From: Waterburya sp.
GTDB taxonomy: Bacteria > Cyanobacteriota > Cyanobacteriia > Cyanobacteriales > Xenococcaceae
Reading direction: 5' to 3'
Assembly: GCA_965217895.1 (NCBI GenBank)
Contig: CBDCJV010000002.1
Span: 2,080,001 to 2,144,000 of the forward strand
Length of the DNA: 64,000 nucleotides
Numbering within the stretch: position 1 is the first letter of the stretch; each line of letters starts with the position of its first letter. The translations under genes and the position numbers were made by a program. This document shows positions 51,658-61,471 of the stretch, piece by piece. The notes below the pieces were generated by a model. That model was not told where the DNA came from, did not search any database, and worked only from the letters and a program-made list of their open reading frames with translations.

Positions 51658-51828
51658 TTAATCTTGGAAAAGGTCGAGACAAGCGATACCAGCCCAACCG
51701 ATTAAAACTATACCGCCCAAGAAAGAAGCAATATAAACAATCGGACCCCAGCCGAAGTCTGTAGTCATGATTAGGCAAAAGAAGCAAGTTGAAACTAATA
51801 GTACAAAGATTGCCATCAAAAAATTCAT
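51658..51828 (-). CDS. Unannotated 56-aa two-TM membrane protein
   Basis: Hand translation MNFLMAIFVLLVSTCFFCLIMTTDFGWGPIVYIASFLGGIVLIGWAGIACLDLFQD*; fills the gap between the ClC and amine oxidase genes. Confidence 0.7.
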   Translation of the reverse strand: MNFLMAIFVLLVSTCFFCLIMTTDFGWGPIVYIASFLGGIVLIGWAGIACLDLFQD

Positions 51829-51838
51829 AAATTCTAGC

Positions 51839-53266
51839 CTAAGTACTCACTAATTTTTTCAGTTTATTTAAACTAGAAATTACAGTTTGTTGTTCTCCAA
51901 CTAAGGTCACTTCTGTAAGAATTAGATTAGAAGAGTCAACTTCTCCTAAGTCTCGACTTCTTTGAGTTTTAATCATGGTAATTTGGCTAGTCAAGACAAA
52001 ACTGACAAAAGAGGCGATCGCAATTACTGGTAACATTGCCGTACCTGATAGTACGCTAAGGATAATGCTGGTACTGACAGGAGTTTTGGTAACAGCTACA
52101 TTGATTGCTGCCATCAAGCAGACCATGCCAACAGTAGGATGAACTTGTGGTACTGCTAAAGATATGGCATAACCAACATTGGCACCGATAAAGAACAAGG
52201 GGAAAATAAAGCCACCTAAAAAGCCAGAATGAAGAGTAAAGCTTATAGTAAACATCTTAGCTACAGCGATCGCCAGCAACAAACCAACACCCAAACCAGC
52301 CCCCGTTTCAATTACGGTTTGAATTTGTGCCTCGCTAAAGAAGAGGGTTTGGGGAAAAGCAAAAGCAATTAGACCGATGGATAAGCCACCTAAAGTTGCT
52401 AAGACAATCGGATAGTGTTCTAAAGGTTTCAAGAGCTTACCAATGATGCGAAAGATGATAATAAACATAACTGCTAATCCAGCACCAATTACGCCCAAAA
52501 CTAAGCCTTCAGCTAAGTTCTGAGGAGATAATGCAGGAACTTCTTCAAAGTGATAAAAACCACCGATAGTTATGCCCGTATTGAGTCGGAAGACAGCAAA
52601 AGAAAAAATTGCAGAAATAATAGCCGGTGCGATCGCTTCAAAATATTGTAGACCTCGACGATGGGGAATTTCTAGGGCAAACAAAGCTGCGCCAATCGGT
52701 GCGCCAAAAAAAGCTCCCAGAGCTGCACTCATCCCGCAAAAAGTGAGAATTCTGACTGAAGTTTTGGCAAGCTTCAAGCGATCGCCCAACCAGCTACCAA
52801 AGCTACCATTAACCTGAACTAAAGGTGCTTCAGGTCCCGCGCTACCACCAGAGGTAATGGCAATTAGAGAAGCAACAATCATCGCTGGAGTTTTGCGGAT
52901 ATCAATTTTGCCTGGATCGTGAATTTTATCGACTACCTGAGCCATTTCCCCAGGAAGCCCAAAGAAATAAAGAGCTAAACCGACAAAAAATCCTCCAATA
53001 GTAGTGGCAATCCAGACATAGTTACTAACCCCAAGCCAGCTTGGAAAATAAGGCTTGACTATTTCAGGCAGCGTGTGCCACATACCGTGCATCATGGTTT
53101 CTAGCACGAAGTAGTAAATAGTAGCCACCATACCGCCAAAGATACCTATAACTATGGCGCAAAGATAAAGCTGTGAGTAAGTTAGCTGTTTATTATTGCT
53201 AGTGTTTTCTATGCTATTGCCATTTTCGTGGCGATCGCTTATTTCAATCTGACCATTCGACGACAT
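51839..53266 (-). CDS. ClC-family chloride channel/transporter-like protein
   Basis: SAGPEAP, FGAPIGAALFALE, GGFIFP; many TM segments; no CBS domains. Confidence 0.9.
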   Translation of the reverse strand: MSSNGQIEISDRHENGNSIENTSNNKQLTYSQLYLCAIVIGIFGGMVATIYYFVLETMMHGMWHTLPEIVKPYFPSWLGVSNYVWIATTIGGFFVGLALYFFGLPGEMAQVVDKIHDPGKIDIRKTPAMIVASLIAITSGGSAGPEAPLVQVNGSFGSWLGDRLKLAKTSVRILTFCGMSAALGAFFGAPIGAALFALEIPHRRGLQYFEAIAPAIISAIFSFAVFRLNTGITIGGFYHFEEVPALSPQNLAEGLVLGVIGAGLAVMFIIIFRIIGKLLKPLEHYPIVLATLGGLSIGLIAFAFPQTLFFSEAQIQTVIETGAGLGVGLLLAIAVAKMFTISFTLHSGFLGGFIFPLFFIGANVGYAISLAVPQVHPTVGMVCLMAAINVAVTKTPVSTSIILSVLSGTAMLPVIAIASFVSFVLTSQITMIKTQRSRDLGEVDSSNLILTEVTLVGEQQTVISSLNKLKKLVST

Positions 53267-53324
53267 AATGACTCCTAATATCTAAATAAAATCTGTCAAT
53301 TTCTTTACTCTTTTTGCAAAAAAA

Positions 53325-53338
53325 GTAACAATGGCTAC
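53325..53338. promoter_or_regulatory. NtcA-consensus box
   Basis: GTA-ACAATGGC-TAC between the divergent ClC gene and the 74-aa ORF. Confidence 0.6.
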
Positions 53339-53439
53339 CTTTTTTGCGATATTCTTTCTACAATTGAAATGTATGCTCTTAACGAATAGAGCGATCGCAC
53401 AATTGCTAAAAACTTGTTAACCGAGTAAAAGAGGTTGAA

Positions 53440-53664
53440 ATGAAATCCCGAAGAATGTCCCGCGATGTGTTGTATGTTCCCTTTTACTTAAGACATTTCA
53501 ACGTTAGCGAAAAAATAATCATAGCTTCGTTGGTTTTTATCTCTTCAATTACTGTGGGTTTGATTCCGATTATTTATGCTTTGACTAACACAACAGAACC
53601 AACCAAAACACCGATTTACAGGGGCGAAGTTCAACTTTGGAAAGTGCTTGGAGAAGCGGATTAG
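53440..53664 (+). CDS. Small single-TM hypothetical protein
   Basis: AGAGG ribosome-binding-like sequence, one hydrophobic segment. Confidence 0.5.
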   Translation: MKSRRMSRDVLYVPFYLRHFNVSEKIIIASLVFISSITVGLIPIIYALTNTTEPTKTPIYRGEVQLWKVLGEAD

Positions 53665-53768
53665 AGTTATCTAATCATTCTAAAATCAGGCAGAGTAAAT
53701 AATCGGTACTTAATGAACAGATCGAAGAGTTTCTTGGTAAATTTAATTGTGAATTAGGCTTAACTCTG

Positions 53769-55274
53769 TTATCGCTCGTTCGGCAATTTACTAGATACTG
53801 CTGGCGTTGGCAGTTCCAATTCTTCCTCCTCATGAGAGCCTGTAGGTTCTTTGAGAAAGAACCAAAGCAGGAAAAACATAATCAAGCTACTAATTCCCAT
53901 CGTCGAGAAGAAAATCTTGTTGCCAGCATCAGTCTTAGGTAAGAAACTGAAGAGAAGTAAGAAACTCACCCCGCCTACGTTGCCCCAAGCACCAACACTT
54001 CCCGCAATTTGACCAGTAATTTGTGGCTTAATCAGAGGGACTATTGCATAGGTCGCGCCCTCCGCTGCTTGGACAGCAAAAGAGGCAAACATAGTCACGC
54101 CAATTGCCAAAGGAAGCAACCAACCACCGTTGAGCGACCCCATTGTTAGATAGCCAACTCCTGTCACAGCCTGCAAGATAACCAATGTCCATTTTCGGCT
54201 GCCGATTGTATCAGAGATCAAACCACCTCCAGGACGGGCAACTAAATTCATAAAGGCATAGCTAGAAGCCACCGCTCCCGCTAACGCTAGAGGTAAGTTA
54301 AAGGTCGCTCGAAAAAATAGCGGTATCATCGAGACAACGGCTAGCTCTGAGCCAAAACAAACAAAGTAGGTCAGATTTAGCAAGACTACTTGGGAAAAAT
54401 CGTAGCGTTCCTCGGGGGCATAACGCTTTTGACCTGCCATTAACTGTCGGTTTACTTTCCAGTTCCAGTAAGTTTGGAATAGGTATAAAGCGAGTAACGC
54501 TACACAGGTAATGACTACCGCCGTTGAATTTAAGGCTTCAACTACGTTGAATCGCCAAGCTACGATGCCTAAAGCAGCATATAGAGGCAAATTCGAGAGC
54601 GTCATCAGCCAGAAGTCCTTTTTAGTCGTTACTTCGATCGCGCCTGGATTCTTAGCTCGCTTGAATTCCTTATCGGGTGGTGAATTTTCAACGTTGAAGA
54701 AATAAAACACCCCATAAACAGCAGCAACGACACCGCTAAGGGCGATTGTATATCGCCAGCTACTTTGACCACCCACAAAAAAGCTTGCCCCAGTCGCAAC
54801 CAGAGGTAGAGCGATCGCAGCCACACCAGAGCCAAAGTTCCCCCAGCCACCGTAAATTCCTTCTGCAAAGCCAATTTCTTGAGAAGGAAACCAATTCGCC
54901 ACCATCCGAATGCCAACGACAAATCCTGCTGCAACCACTCCAATAGCTAGGCGGCTCCAAAGCAACTGGTTATAGTTCTGGGCGAAGGCAAATGCGAAGC
55001 AGGGAATGGCAGCATAAACTAAGACACCTGAAAAAACGATGCGAGGACCGATGCGGTCTACCAACATACCAAAGATAATCCGAAACGGAATCGCCAAAGT
55101 TAAATTGCACAGAAGCATCGTCCGATATTGCAGCTCGCTTAGTCCAAACTCTTCTATGATCGGTTCAGCTAGAGGAGCTGCGTTAAATATGACTACGAAA
55201 GATAATAAGAAGGCAAACCATGATAGGTGTAAGATGCGGTATCGACCACTAAATGACCATAATCTTTTGAGCAT
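53769..55274 (-). CDS. nrtP: NarK/NRT2-family nitrate/nitrite MFS transporter (NrtP-like)
   Basis: GFVVGIRMVANWFP, GIYGGWGNFG, FGSELAVVSM, ARPGGG..SD. Confidence 0.88.
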   Translation of the reverse strand: MLKRLWSFSGRYRILHLSWFAFLLSFVVIFNAAPLAEPIIEEFGLSELQYRTMLLCNLTLAIPFRIIFGMLVDRIGPRIVFSGVLVYAAIPCFAFAFAQNYNQLLWSRLAIGVVAAGFVVGIRMVANWFPSQEIGFAEGIYGGWGNFGSGVAAIALPLVATGASFFVGGQSSWRYTIALSGVVAAVYGVFYFFNVENSPPDKEFKRAKNPGAIEVTTKKDFWLMTLSNLPLYAALGIVAWRFNVVEALNSTAVVITCVALLALYLFQTYWNWKVNRQLMAGQKRYAPEERYDFSQVVLLNLTYFVCFGSELAVVSMIPLFFRATFNLPLALAGAVASSYAFMNLVARPGGGLISDTIGSRKWTLVILQAVTGVGYLTMGSLNGGWLLPLAIGVTMFASFAVQAAEGATYAIVPLIKPQITGQIAGSVGAWGNVGGVSFLLLFSFLPKTDAGNKIFFSTMGISSLIMFFLLWFFLKEPTGSHEEEELELPTPAVSSKLPNER

Positions 55275-55448
55275 ATTAAAACTTTCTAACCAATGAATTT
55301 AGGTAGAATAAATGAGGACACATCATCAATAAAATAAAAAGTATAATTATGCTATTGATAGTAGTATCAAAATTGTGAAATTTATTATTTTTAAATCAAA
55401 AATAAATTAATTATTAACTGAACCTAATATTAATTGGTCTATGCTAGA

Positions 55449-55464
55449 TGTAGCTATAGACACA
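55449..55464. promoter_or_regulatory. Imperfect NtcA box
   Basis: TGTAGCTATAGACACA (GTA-N8-CAC) in the nrtP/nrtA divergent region. Confidence 0.5.
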
Positions 55465-55609
55465 CATTTTCCTGGCTTAATTCTTTTTTAATGTTTCTGT
55501 TTTCTGCCAACAATTATTGGTTTTAATGTCATGAATTGTTTACAAAACGAGCTTGTAAATTATAAAAGAGATGAGTTTAGAAGATTCAGCTAAAAAGTCT
55601 TATTGATTA

Positions 55610-55651
55610 GTAAAAATCGATACTAAAAAGCCGAGTCAATTTATTTATTAT
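55610..55651 (+). promoter_or_regulatory. Class II NtcA-type promoter of the nrtA-like gene
   Basis: GTA-AAAATCGA-TAC, 22 nt, then TATTAT. Confidence 0.75.
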
Positions 55652-55714
55652 TAAGTGTTAAGTGTTTAAGCACTATTGCTTAATTTATCGGATATTTAAA
55701 TAACACATTTATTA

Positions 55715-57025
55715 ATGTCGCAATTTTCCAGAAGGCGATTTGTCGGTTCGGCAGGAGCGATCGCTGCTAGCCTTCTCGGTTATGGCTGTGCGTCTAGAAC
55801 TCCTGAGAAAACCACTCAATCTATTAGCTATGCAGTTTCTAGTAGCAATGGGCTGGAAGTGAAGCAAATTCGCTTGGGATTTATTGCCCTGACTGATGCT
55901 GCCCCTTTAATAATTGCTCTAGAAAAAGGATATTTTCGCAAATACGGTCTGACTCAAGTTGAAGTTGTGCGACAAGCTTCATGGGCAAGTACCCGCGATA
56001 ATCTAGTGCGAGGTTCAGCAGCAGGTGGCATAGATGGAGCGCATATTCTCAGCCCCATGCCTTATTTAATGGCTGCGGGAACAATTACATCAGATCGGCC
56101 ACTGGCGATGAATATTTTGGCACGTTTAAATGTTAACGGTCAGGGAATTTCCTTAGCAAATATCTACAGGTCAGTTGGTTTAAAAAGCGAAAAACTCAAA
56201 GAAGAAGCAGAACAAGCCAAAAGCAAAGGTCCAGGCAGAAAACTCAAGGTAGCAATGACCTTTCCAGGAGGGACTCACGATTTATGGATTCGCTACTGGC
56301 TAGCAGCGGGAGGAATTAATCCCGATACAGATGTATCGATGTTTGTCGTCCCACCGCCACAAATGCTGGCAAACCTTAAAACAGGAACGATGAATATGCT
56401 CTGTGTGGGAGAGCCTTGGAATGCCCAGATAATCAGGCGTAATGTCGGACATTCTGCTTTAACTACAGGGCAACTATGGCAAGATCACCCCGAAAAAGCC
56501 CTGGCAATGCGTGCCGATTGGGTTGAGCGTTCTCCTCGTGCTAGTAAAGCAATGTTGATGGCGGTTTTAGAAGCGCAAATATGGTGTGAGGCTCTGGCTA
56601 ATAAAGAAGAAATGTGTCAGATAGTCTCGGCTCGAAAGTATTTTAACGTCCCTGTCAAAGATATTTTGGCGCGAAGTAAAGGTAACTTTGATTTTGGTAA
56701 CGGAGAAATTCTAACTAATAGTCCGTATCGGATGAAATTTTGGCAAAATTCGGCTTCTTATCCCTATCAAAGCCACGATCTTTGGTTTTTGATGGAAAAC
56801 ATTCGCTGGGGCTACTTACCAGCCGATACCAATACTCAAGATTTGATCAAGCAAGTTAATCGCGAAGATTTATGGCGAGAAGCAGCGCAAGCCATTGGTC
56901 AAGAGCAAGCAATCCCTAAAAGCACATCTAGAGGAATTGAAACTTTTTACGACGGCGTGCGGTTTGACCCTGAAAACCCCTCAGCTTATTTGAATAGCTT
57001 ACCAATTAAAAAGCAGCGAATATGA
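55715..57025 (+). CDS. nrtA: NrtA/CmpA-family substrate-binding lipoprotein (nitrate-type)
   Basis: SRRRF Tat motif + lipobox; GFIALTDAAPL, NGQ, TFPGGTHD, HPEK. Confidence 0.85.
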   Translation: MSQFSRRRFVGSAGAIAASLLGYGCASRTPEKTTQSISYAVSSSNGLEVKQIRLGFIALTDAAPLIIALEKGYFRKYGLTQVEVVRQASWASTRDNLVRGSAAGGIDGAHILSPMPYLMAAGTITSDRPLAMNILARLNVNGQGISLANIYRSVGLKSEKLKEEAEQAKSKGPGRKLKVAMTFPGGTHDLWIRYWLAAGGINPDTDVSMFVVPPPQMLANLKTGTMNMLCVGEPWNAQIIRRNVGHSALTTGQLWQDHPEKALAMRADWVERSPRASKAMLMAVLEAQIWCEALANKEEMCQIVSARKYFNVPVKDILARSKGNFDFGNGEILTNSPYRMKFWQNSASYPYQSHDLWFLMENIRWGYLPADTNTQDLIKQVNREDLWREAAQAIGQEQAIPKSTSRGIETFYDGVRFDPENPSAYLNSLPIKKQRI

Positions 57026-57876
57026 CTAAGACTAAACCACCTTCAGGATATCGCGATCGCCTCTCAAGACGTAAAAATACCAGAATAAACCGTTTAAAGT
57101 GCTTTATTTTCAAAATGTTAGAGGTCACTCACCACGATGACCTGTTGGGCAAAGCTTTCGATAACTTTATGATTGTGCTGATTTCCTTAAACGTCATTGC
57201 TTTCGCCTTTGAGACTGTGTATTCAATCTCTATTCCTTATAAAAGCTATTTTAATAACTTTGAAACGTTTTCCGTTATTATTTTCACTATAGAATACTGC
57301 CTGCGGTTATGGACTTGTACCCTAGAGCAGCAATATCGTCATCCTCTTTGGGGCAGAGTCAAGTTTATCTTCAAACCTTTATCGGCGATCGATTTACTGT
57401 CAATATTGCCCTATTATTTATTTATCTTTTTTCCTAATTTAGTTTTTATTCCCGAACTTCACCTGCTGCGACTGGCACGATTATTAAAAATAGGTCGTTA
57501 TTCCGAGTCCATGAGAACTTTAGGCAATGTTGTTGCTGCTAAACGTCATGACTTGCTTTCGGCTACCTTCACAGTATTTATCTTACTCATGTTTTCTGCC
57601 AGTTTGGTCTATTTCGCCGAACAAGCTTCTCAACCAGAACTCTTTTCTAGCATTCCCGCTTCAATGTGGTGGTCTGTCGTCACCTTAACCAGTGTTGGTT
57701 ATGGAGATGTCTATCCTGTCACGCCGATGGGCAAATTATTAGGCGGAGTTATTGCAGTATTGGGATTAGGGTTGGTAGCACTACCCACGGGGATTTTAGC
57801 TTCTGGCTTTGCTGAAGAAGTACAGCGTAAGCGCACTAATCCTACTTGTCCCCACTGTGGAAAACAGCTTGAATAG
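57022..57876 (+). CDS. 6-TM potassium-channel-type ion transporter
   Basis: S4-like LRLARLLK, selectivity filter TSVGYGD, C-terminal CPHCG; ATGA overlap with nrtA. Confidence 0.92.
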   Translation: MTKTKPPSGYRDRLSRRKNTRINRLKCFIFKMLEVTHHDDLLGKAFDNFMIVLISLNVIAFAFETVYSISIPYKSYFNNFETFSVIIFTIEYCLRLWTCTLEQQYRHPLWGRVKFIFKPLSAIDLLSILPYYLFIFFPNLVFIPELHLLRLARLLKIGRYSESMRTLGNVVAAKRHDLLSATFTVFILLMFSASLVYFAEQASQPELFSSIPASMWWSVVTLTSVGYGDVYPVTPMGKLLGGVIAVLGLGLVALPTGILASGFAEEVQRKRTNPTCPHCGKQLE

Positions 57877-57889
57877 CTAAATTAACTTG

Positions 57890-57960
57890 AGAATTGCGAT
57901 CGCACCCTCGACAGTTCCTACAACAGGGGAAACCCCCGCAACGGACTGTCTCGCAATTCA
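57890..57960 (+). repeat. Small dispersed hairpin repeat next to a HIP1 site
   Basis: caccctcgaca...ccgcaacgg..tgtctcgcaa shared with 4121-4175. Confidence 0.75.
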
Positions 57961-58145
57961 GATTCCTCCTCTTGGCTAATTAGATGATTAAAGAAAAAAA
58001 AGAGATTCTGGTTTGCGATGTCCTGCATAAACAGCTTTTCCATCTGATTCAGCGAGGAAAGTTACTACCAAGAAAATCTCTCTTTAGGATCGTGTTTATC
58101 TTTCTTTTAACTGTAAAACTAGATGATAAATACAAAATAAAGACT

Positions 58146-58433
58146 ATGGAAAAGACGTTGTTCGATAAAATCTTCCGTGACAGTAATGGTAATATTGTGA
58201 TTGCTCAACCACCAAACTTGCCTATTATTGTCTGGGGTGTAGCTAGTTTGCTCAAACTAATTTTTACAAGTGGCTTGATTAATATAGGATTAGACCTAAT
58301 AGCTTTTGGCTCTTTATTTACTTGGGGGTGGCTTGAATTGTTTCAAGGCGTTAATTATTTTCGCAGGATGCTAGGTTTAGTTGTATTGGTTGGATTTGTT
58401 GGGTTAAGAATTTTCAGTAATAACACAATTTAA
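58146..58433 (+). CDS. Small membrane hypothetical protein
   Basis: Likely start MEKTLFD at 58146; IAQPPNLP, ELFQGVNYFRR; about 3 TM segments. Confidence 0.7.
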   Translation: MEKTLFDKIFRDSNGNIVIAQPPNLPIIVWGVASLLKLIFTSGLINIGLDLIAFGSLFTWGWLELFQGVNYFRRMLGLVVLVGFVGLRIFSNNTI

Positions 58434-58670
58434 ACTTTGATCGCTGTTGCTGCTTAAGTCGCCTTACTACCAGAAAAATCGCCTGTGAAAACGCGCATTG
58501 ATCGCGAATATTTCCACGGGCGATCGCTCTAAAACGAGATTTCTTAGAAGTGCGATCGCCATCAATGATTATAGTAAGCCAGTTACCTGTTTGATTGATT
58601 CTTTTTTACTATTGGGTGCTTTTTGCTCGATAAATAAGGTAATGATGTATTTCAGCAGGATTTAGTACAA

Positions 58671-58783
58671 TAGGACTTACGCAGTTTAACTAGTTTTGCC
58701 CCCCTAGCCCCCCAAATCTGGGGGAACAAGAATTAAAAGTCCCCCAAATTTGGGGGATTTAGGGGGCGAGTGCATAAGACCTT
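58671..58783. mobile_element. MITE-like element with internal G/C-run palindrome
   Basis: Imperfect terminal inverted repeats TAGGACTTACGCA / TGCATAAGACCTT around gccccccta..cccccaaa..tgggggatttagggggc. Confidence 0.65.
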
Positions 58784-58796
58784 AATTCATTTTTAT

Positions 58797-60485
58797 TTAT
58801 AGCTGCAAAAATTCTTGAGCTTTATTGACCACATTAGCCAGAGAGTCAGATTTAAACGGAGAAACCAAGTTAGCCGAGCTTACCAACTCCTGAAACGGAG
58901 CTTTGCCACCCCGTTGACATAGGGCAATATAGTCAGTTAAGGTTTGTTCAAAATCAGATTCCGCTTTGACCCAAAACTGCATCGCGCAGCACAAAGCAAG
59001 GGTGTAATCGATGTAGTAAAAGGGATAGCAATAAATATGCTGTTTTTCTTGCCACAAACCACCTTGAGCAGGATATGCTAAATCGCCATACTGTCGCCAG
59101 GGAAGATAACGCGACTCCATTTGCTGCCACATTTGGTTTCTTGCTTGGGGAGTGGCTTCGGGGTTGGCATAGACTAAATGCTGAAAATGGTCAACCGCAC
59201 AGCCATAAGGCAGAAATAAAATTGATTGTGCCAAATGAATTTCCCGAAAACGATCTGCATCATTATCAAAGAACTTATCCATCTGTGACCAAGTTAAAAA
59301 CTCTAAACTCATAGAATGGATTTCGCAGGATTCATAGGTAGGCCAAAGATAGTCAGTCGGGAGATTACGGCTTTTCCAAGCCTGAAAAGCATGACCCATT
59401 TCGTGAGTGAAAACTTCAACATCCCCTTGTGTGCCATTAAAATTAGCAAAGATGTAGGGAATACCCTCTTGAGGAAAACCAGTACAGAAGCCTCCACCAG
59501 CTTTACCAGGGCGAGTTTTAAGATCGAGAAAGTTGCCTTTGTTCATCATCTCAAAAAAGCTGCCTAACTCTGGATGCAGGTTATCAAACATCGATTGTGC
59601 CTGGTTTAGCATCCAGTCATGATCTCCCTGGGGTTTGGGGTTTCCCTGTAGATCGAATACCGACTCATCCCAAAAGTTAACCGCATCTAAGTTGAGCTTT
59701 TGGGCTTTTTTGGCAATAATTTTTTGCGCTAAGGGAACGACATTATCTACTACTCCTTGACGATAATTTTCCACGTCGGCTTCCGTATAGTCGATGCGCT
59801 GCATCCGCTTGTAGCCCAAACCAATGTAGTTGTCGTAACCTAACTTTTGCGCCATACCGTGACGTAATTTAACTAACCGATCGAAAATACTGTCTAGCTG
59901 GGACTGATGCTGAGTAAAGAAATTCCAGCGTGCTTTTTCTGCTTGATAACGGACATGGCGATCGCTGTCTTGAGTATATTTACGAATCCCCGACAGGTTT
60001 ACTTTCTCTCCTTGGAACTCGATTTCGGCCGAGGCTAAAAGTTCTACATACTGATTAACAAGCTTAGACTCTTGCACCAAATCTTCTTCAATTGCAGGTT
60101 CAAAAGTGGTAACATCTGCCGACCAGAGACTAAAGGCTTGTTTGCCTAAGATTGACTCAAATTCTTCTCGATCGGGGCTATCTAACAATCTTTGCTTCAT
60201 AGCGATCGCCAGTGCAGTCAGTTTTGGCTGTAGCTCATCACTATATTCCTGCGCCCGTTTATAATCTTTGTTAGTGGTATCTTGACTAAAATGAAGGGAG
60301 GTTAAGGCAGACCAATTATCTAAGCGACGACGCAAATTATCCCACTGTTGTAAAGCCTGTTTTTTTGCCTCGGTAGTATCTGCCTCATCTAAAGCAGCAT
60401 TAATACTCTCATACTCTGCGGTAACGTCTTCTATAGTAGGCTTTTCTGCTTTTATATCGGCAAAATTAATTGTAGTCTGGCTCAT
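58797..60485 (-). CDS. M3-family oligoendopeptidase
   Basis: HEMGH zinc motif, KAGGGFCT, EIHSMSLE, PFYYIDY. Confidence 0.95.
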   Translation of the reverse strand: MSQTTINFADIKAEKPTIEDVTAEYESINAALDEADTTEAKKQALQQWDNLRRRLDNWSALTSLHFSQDTTNKDYKRAQEYSDELQPKLTALAIAMKQRLLDSPDREEFESILGKQAFSLWSADVTTFEPAIEEDLVQESKLVNQYVELLASAEIEFQGEKVNLSGIRKYTQDSDRHVRYQAEKARWNFFTQHQSQLDSIFDRLVKLRHGMAQKLGYDNYIGLGYKRMQRIDYTEADVENYRQGVVDNVVPLAQKIIAKKAQKLNLDAVNFWDESVFDLQGNPKPQGDHDWMLNQAQSMFDNLHPELGSFFEMMNKGNFLDLKTRPGKAGGGFCTGFPQEGIPYIFANFNGTQGDVEVFTHEMGHAFQAWKSRNLPTDYLWPTYESCEIHSMSLEFLTWSQMDKFFDNDADRFREIHLAQSILFLPYGCAVDHFQHLVYANPEATPQARNQMWQQMESRYLPWRQYGDLAYPAQGGLWQEKQHIYCYPFYYIDYTLALCCAMQFWVKAESDFEQTLTDYIALCQRGGKAPFQELVSSANLVSPFKSDSLANVVNKAQEFLQL

Positions 60486-60542
60486 GATCGATGGAGATAG
60501 ATAGTTACACCTAAAATTTTAACGAAGTTTGCTATTGCAAAT

Positions 60543-61154
60543 ATGGATCGAACATTTATTGCTAATATACATAAGTTAATTCAGCGCGATCGCGATTTGG
60601 CGAAGATAATTGAAGCTTATGGCTATCCGCCTCAGTGGCAAAGAGATCCTGGCTTTGCGACTTTAATTCAGATTATCTTAGAACAACAGGTTTCACTCGC
60701 TTCGGCTAAGGCAGCTTTTGAACGTCTGAAGAACTTTGTAGGAGAATTGACTCCAGCTAGCTTTTTGGCTTTAGATGATGCTGAACTTAAAACAATTGGC
60801 TTTAGTCGCCAGAAAACCAGATATGGTCGTGAATTGGCTCAAGCGATCGCCGATCGCACTATAGATTTAGCAAGTTTGCACGAACTAGATGATGCAGCTA
60901 TTAGAAAGAAACTAACCGCAATCAAAGGCATTGGTGACTGGACTGTAGATATGTACCTGATGATGGCTTTGCAACGCCTAGATGTATTCCCCTCTAAGGA
61001 TTTAGCTGTGGCGATCGCCATCAAAGAAATTAAAAACCTCACAACTCGTCCCAAAGTAGCAGAATTAGAGTCAATTACTCAATCTTGGCAACCTTATAGA
61101 GCCGTGGCTACGCAAATTCTTTGGCACTATTATCTTAATCGCCAAGCACACTGA
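60543..61154 (+). CDS. alkA: DNA-3-methyladenine glycosylase II (AlkA family)
   Basis: ILEQQVS, HhH motif IKGIGDWT, WQPYR. Confidence 0.88.
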   Translation: MDRTFIANIHKLIQRDRDLAKIIEAYGYPPQWQRDPGFATLIQIILEQQVSLASAKAAFERLKNFVGELTPASFLALDDAELKTIGFSRQKTRYGRELAQAIADRTIDLASLHELDDAAIRKKLTAIKGIGDWTVDMYLMMALQRLDVFPSKDLAVAIAIKEIKNLTTRPKVAELESITQSWQPYRAVATQILWHYYLNRQAH

Positions 61155-61471
61155 ATCAGTACTTCGTGGCGGTAGTCATGACGTTTTTGAAATGACTGCT
61201 CTCAATTAATTTTATTTTTGAAATTGATTAATTATCGGCGCGAGGCATAACTAGATTTTTGGTAAAATGCGATCGCGCTTTTTGCTGACAATATATAATT
61301 TTTGCAATAAGCAATTATCTCGCCCAGAGGCGCACCAGGTGCAAAGAGATACAGAAAACTATAATTTTATCTAAAAAAAAGGCAGCTTGTTAAGCTACCT
61401 TCTCAATTTAATTAAACATTTAAGCTTAATTTATTAGCTAAATTTTAATTAGCAATCAACTATTAACAATC

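Noticed and set aside
58435..58600. Second HIP1-collapsed gene relic
   Set aside because: Closely spaced HIP1-like sites, but the translations could not be matched convincingly to any family
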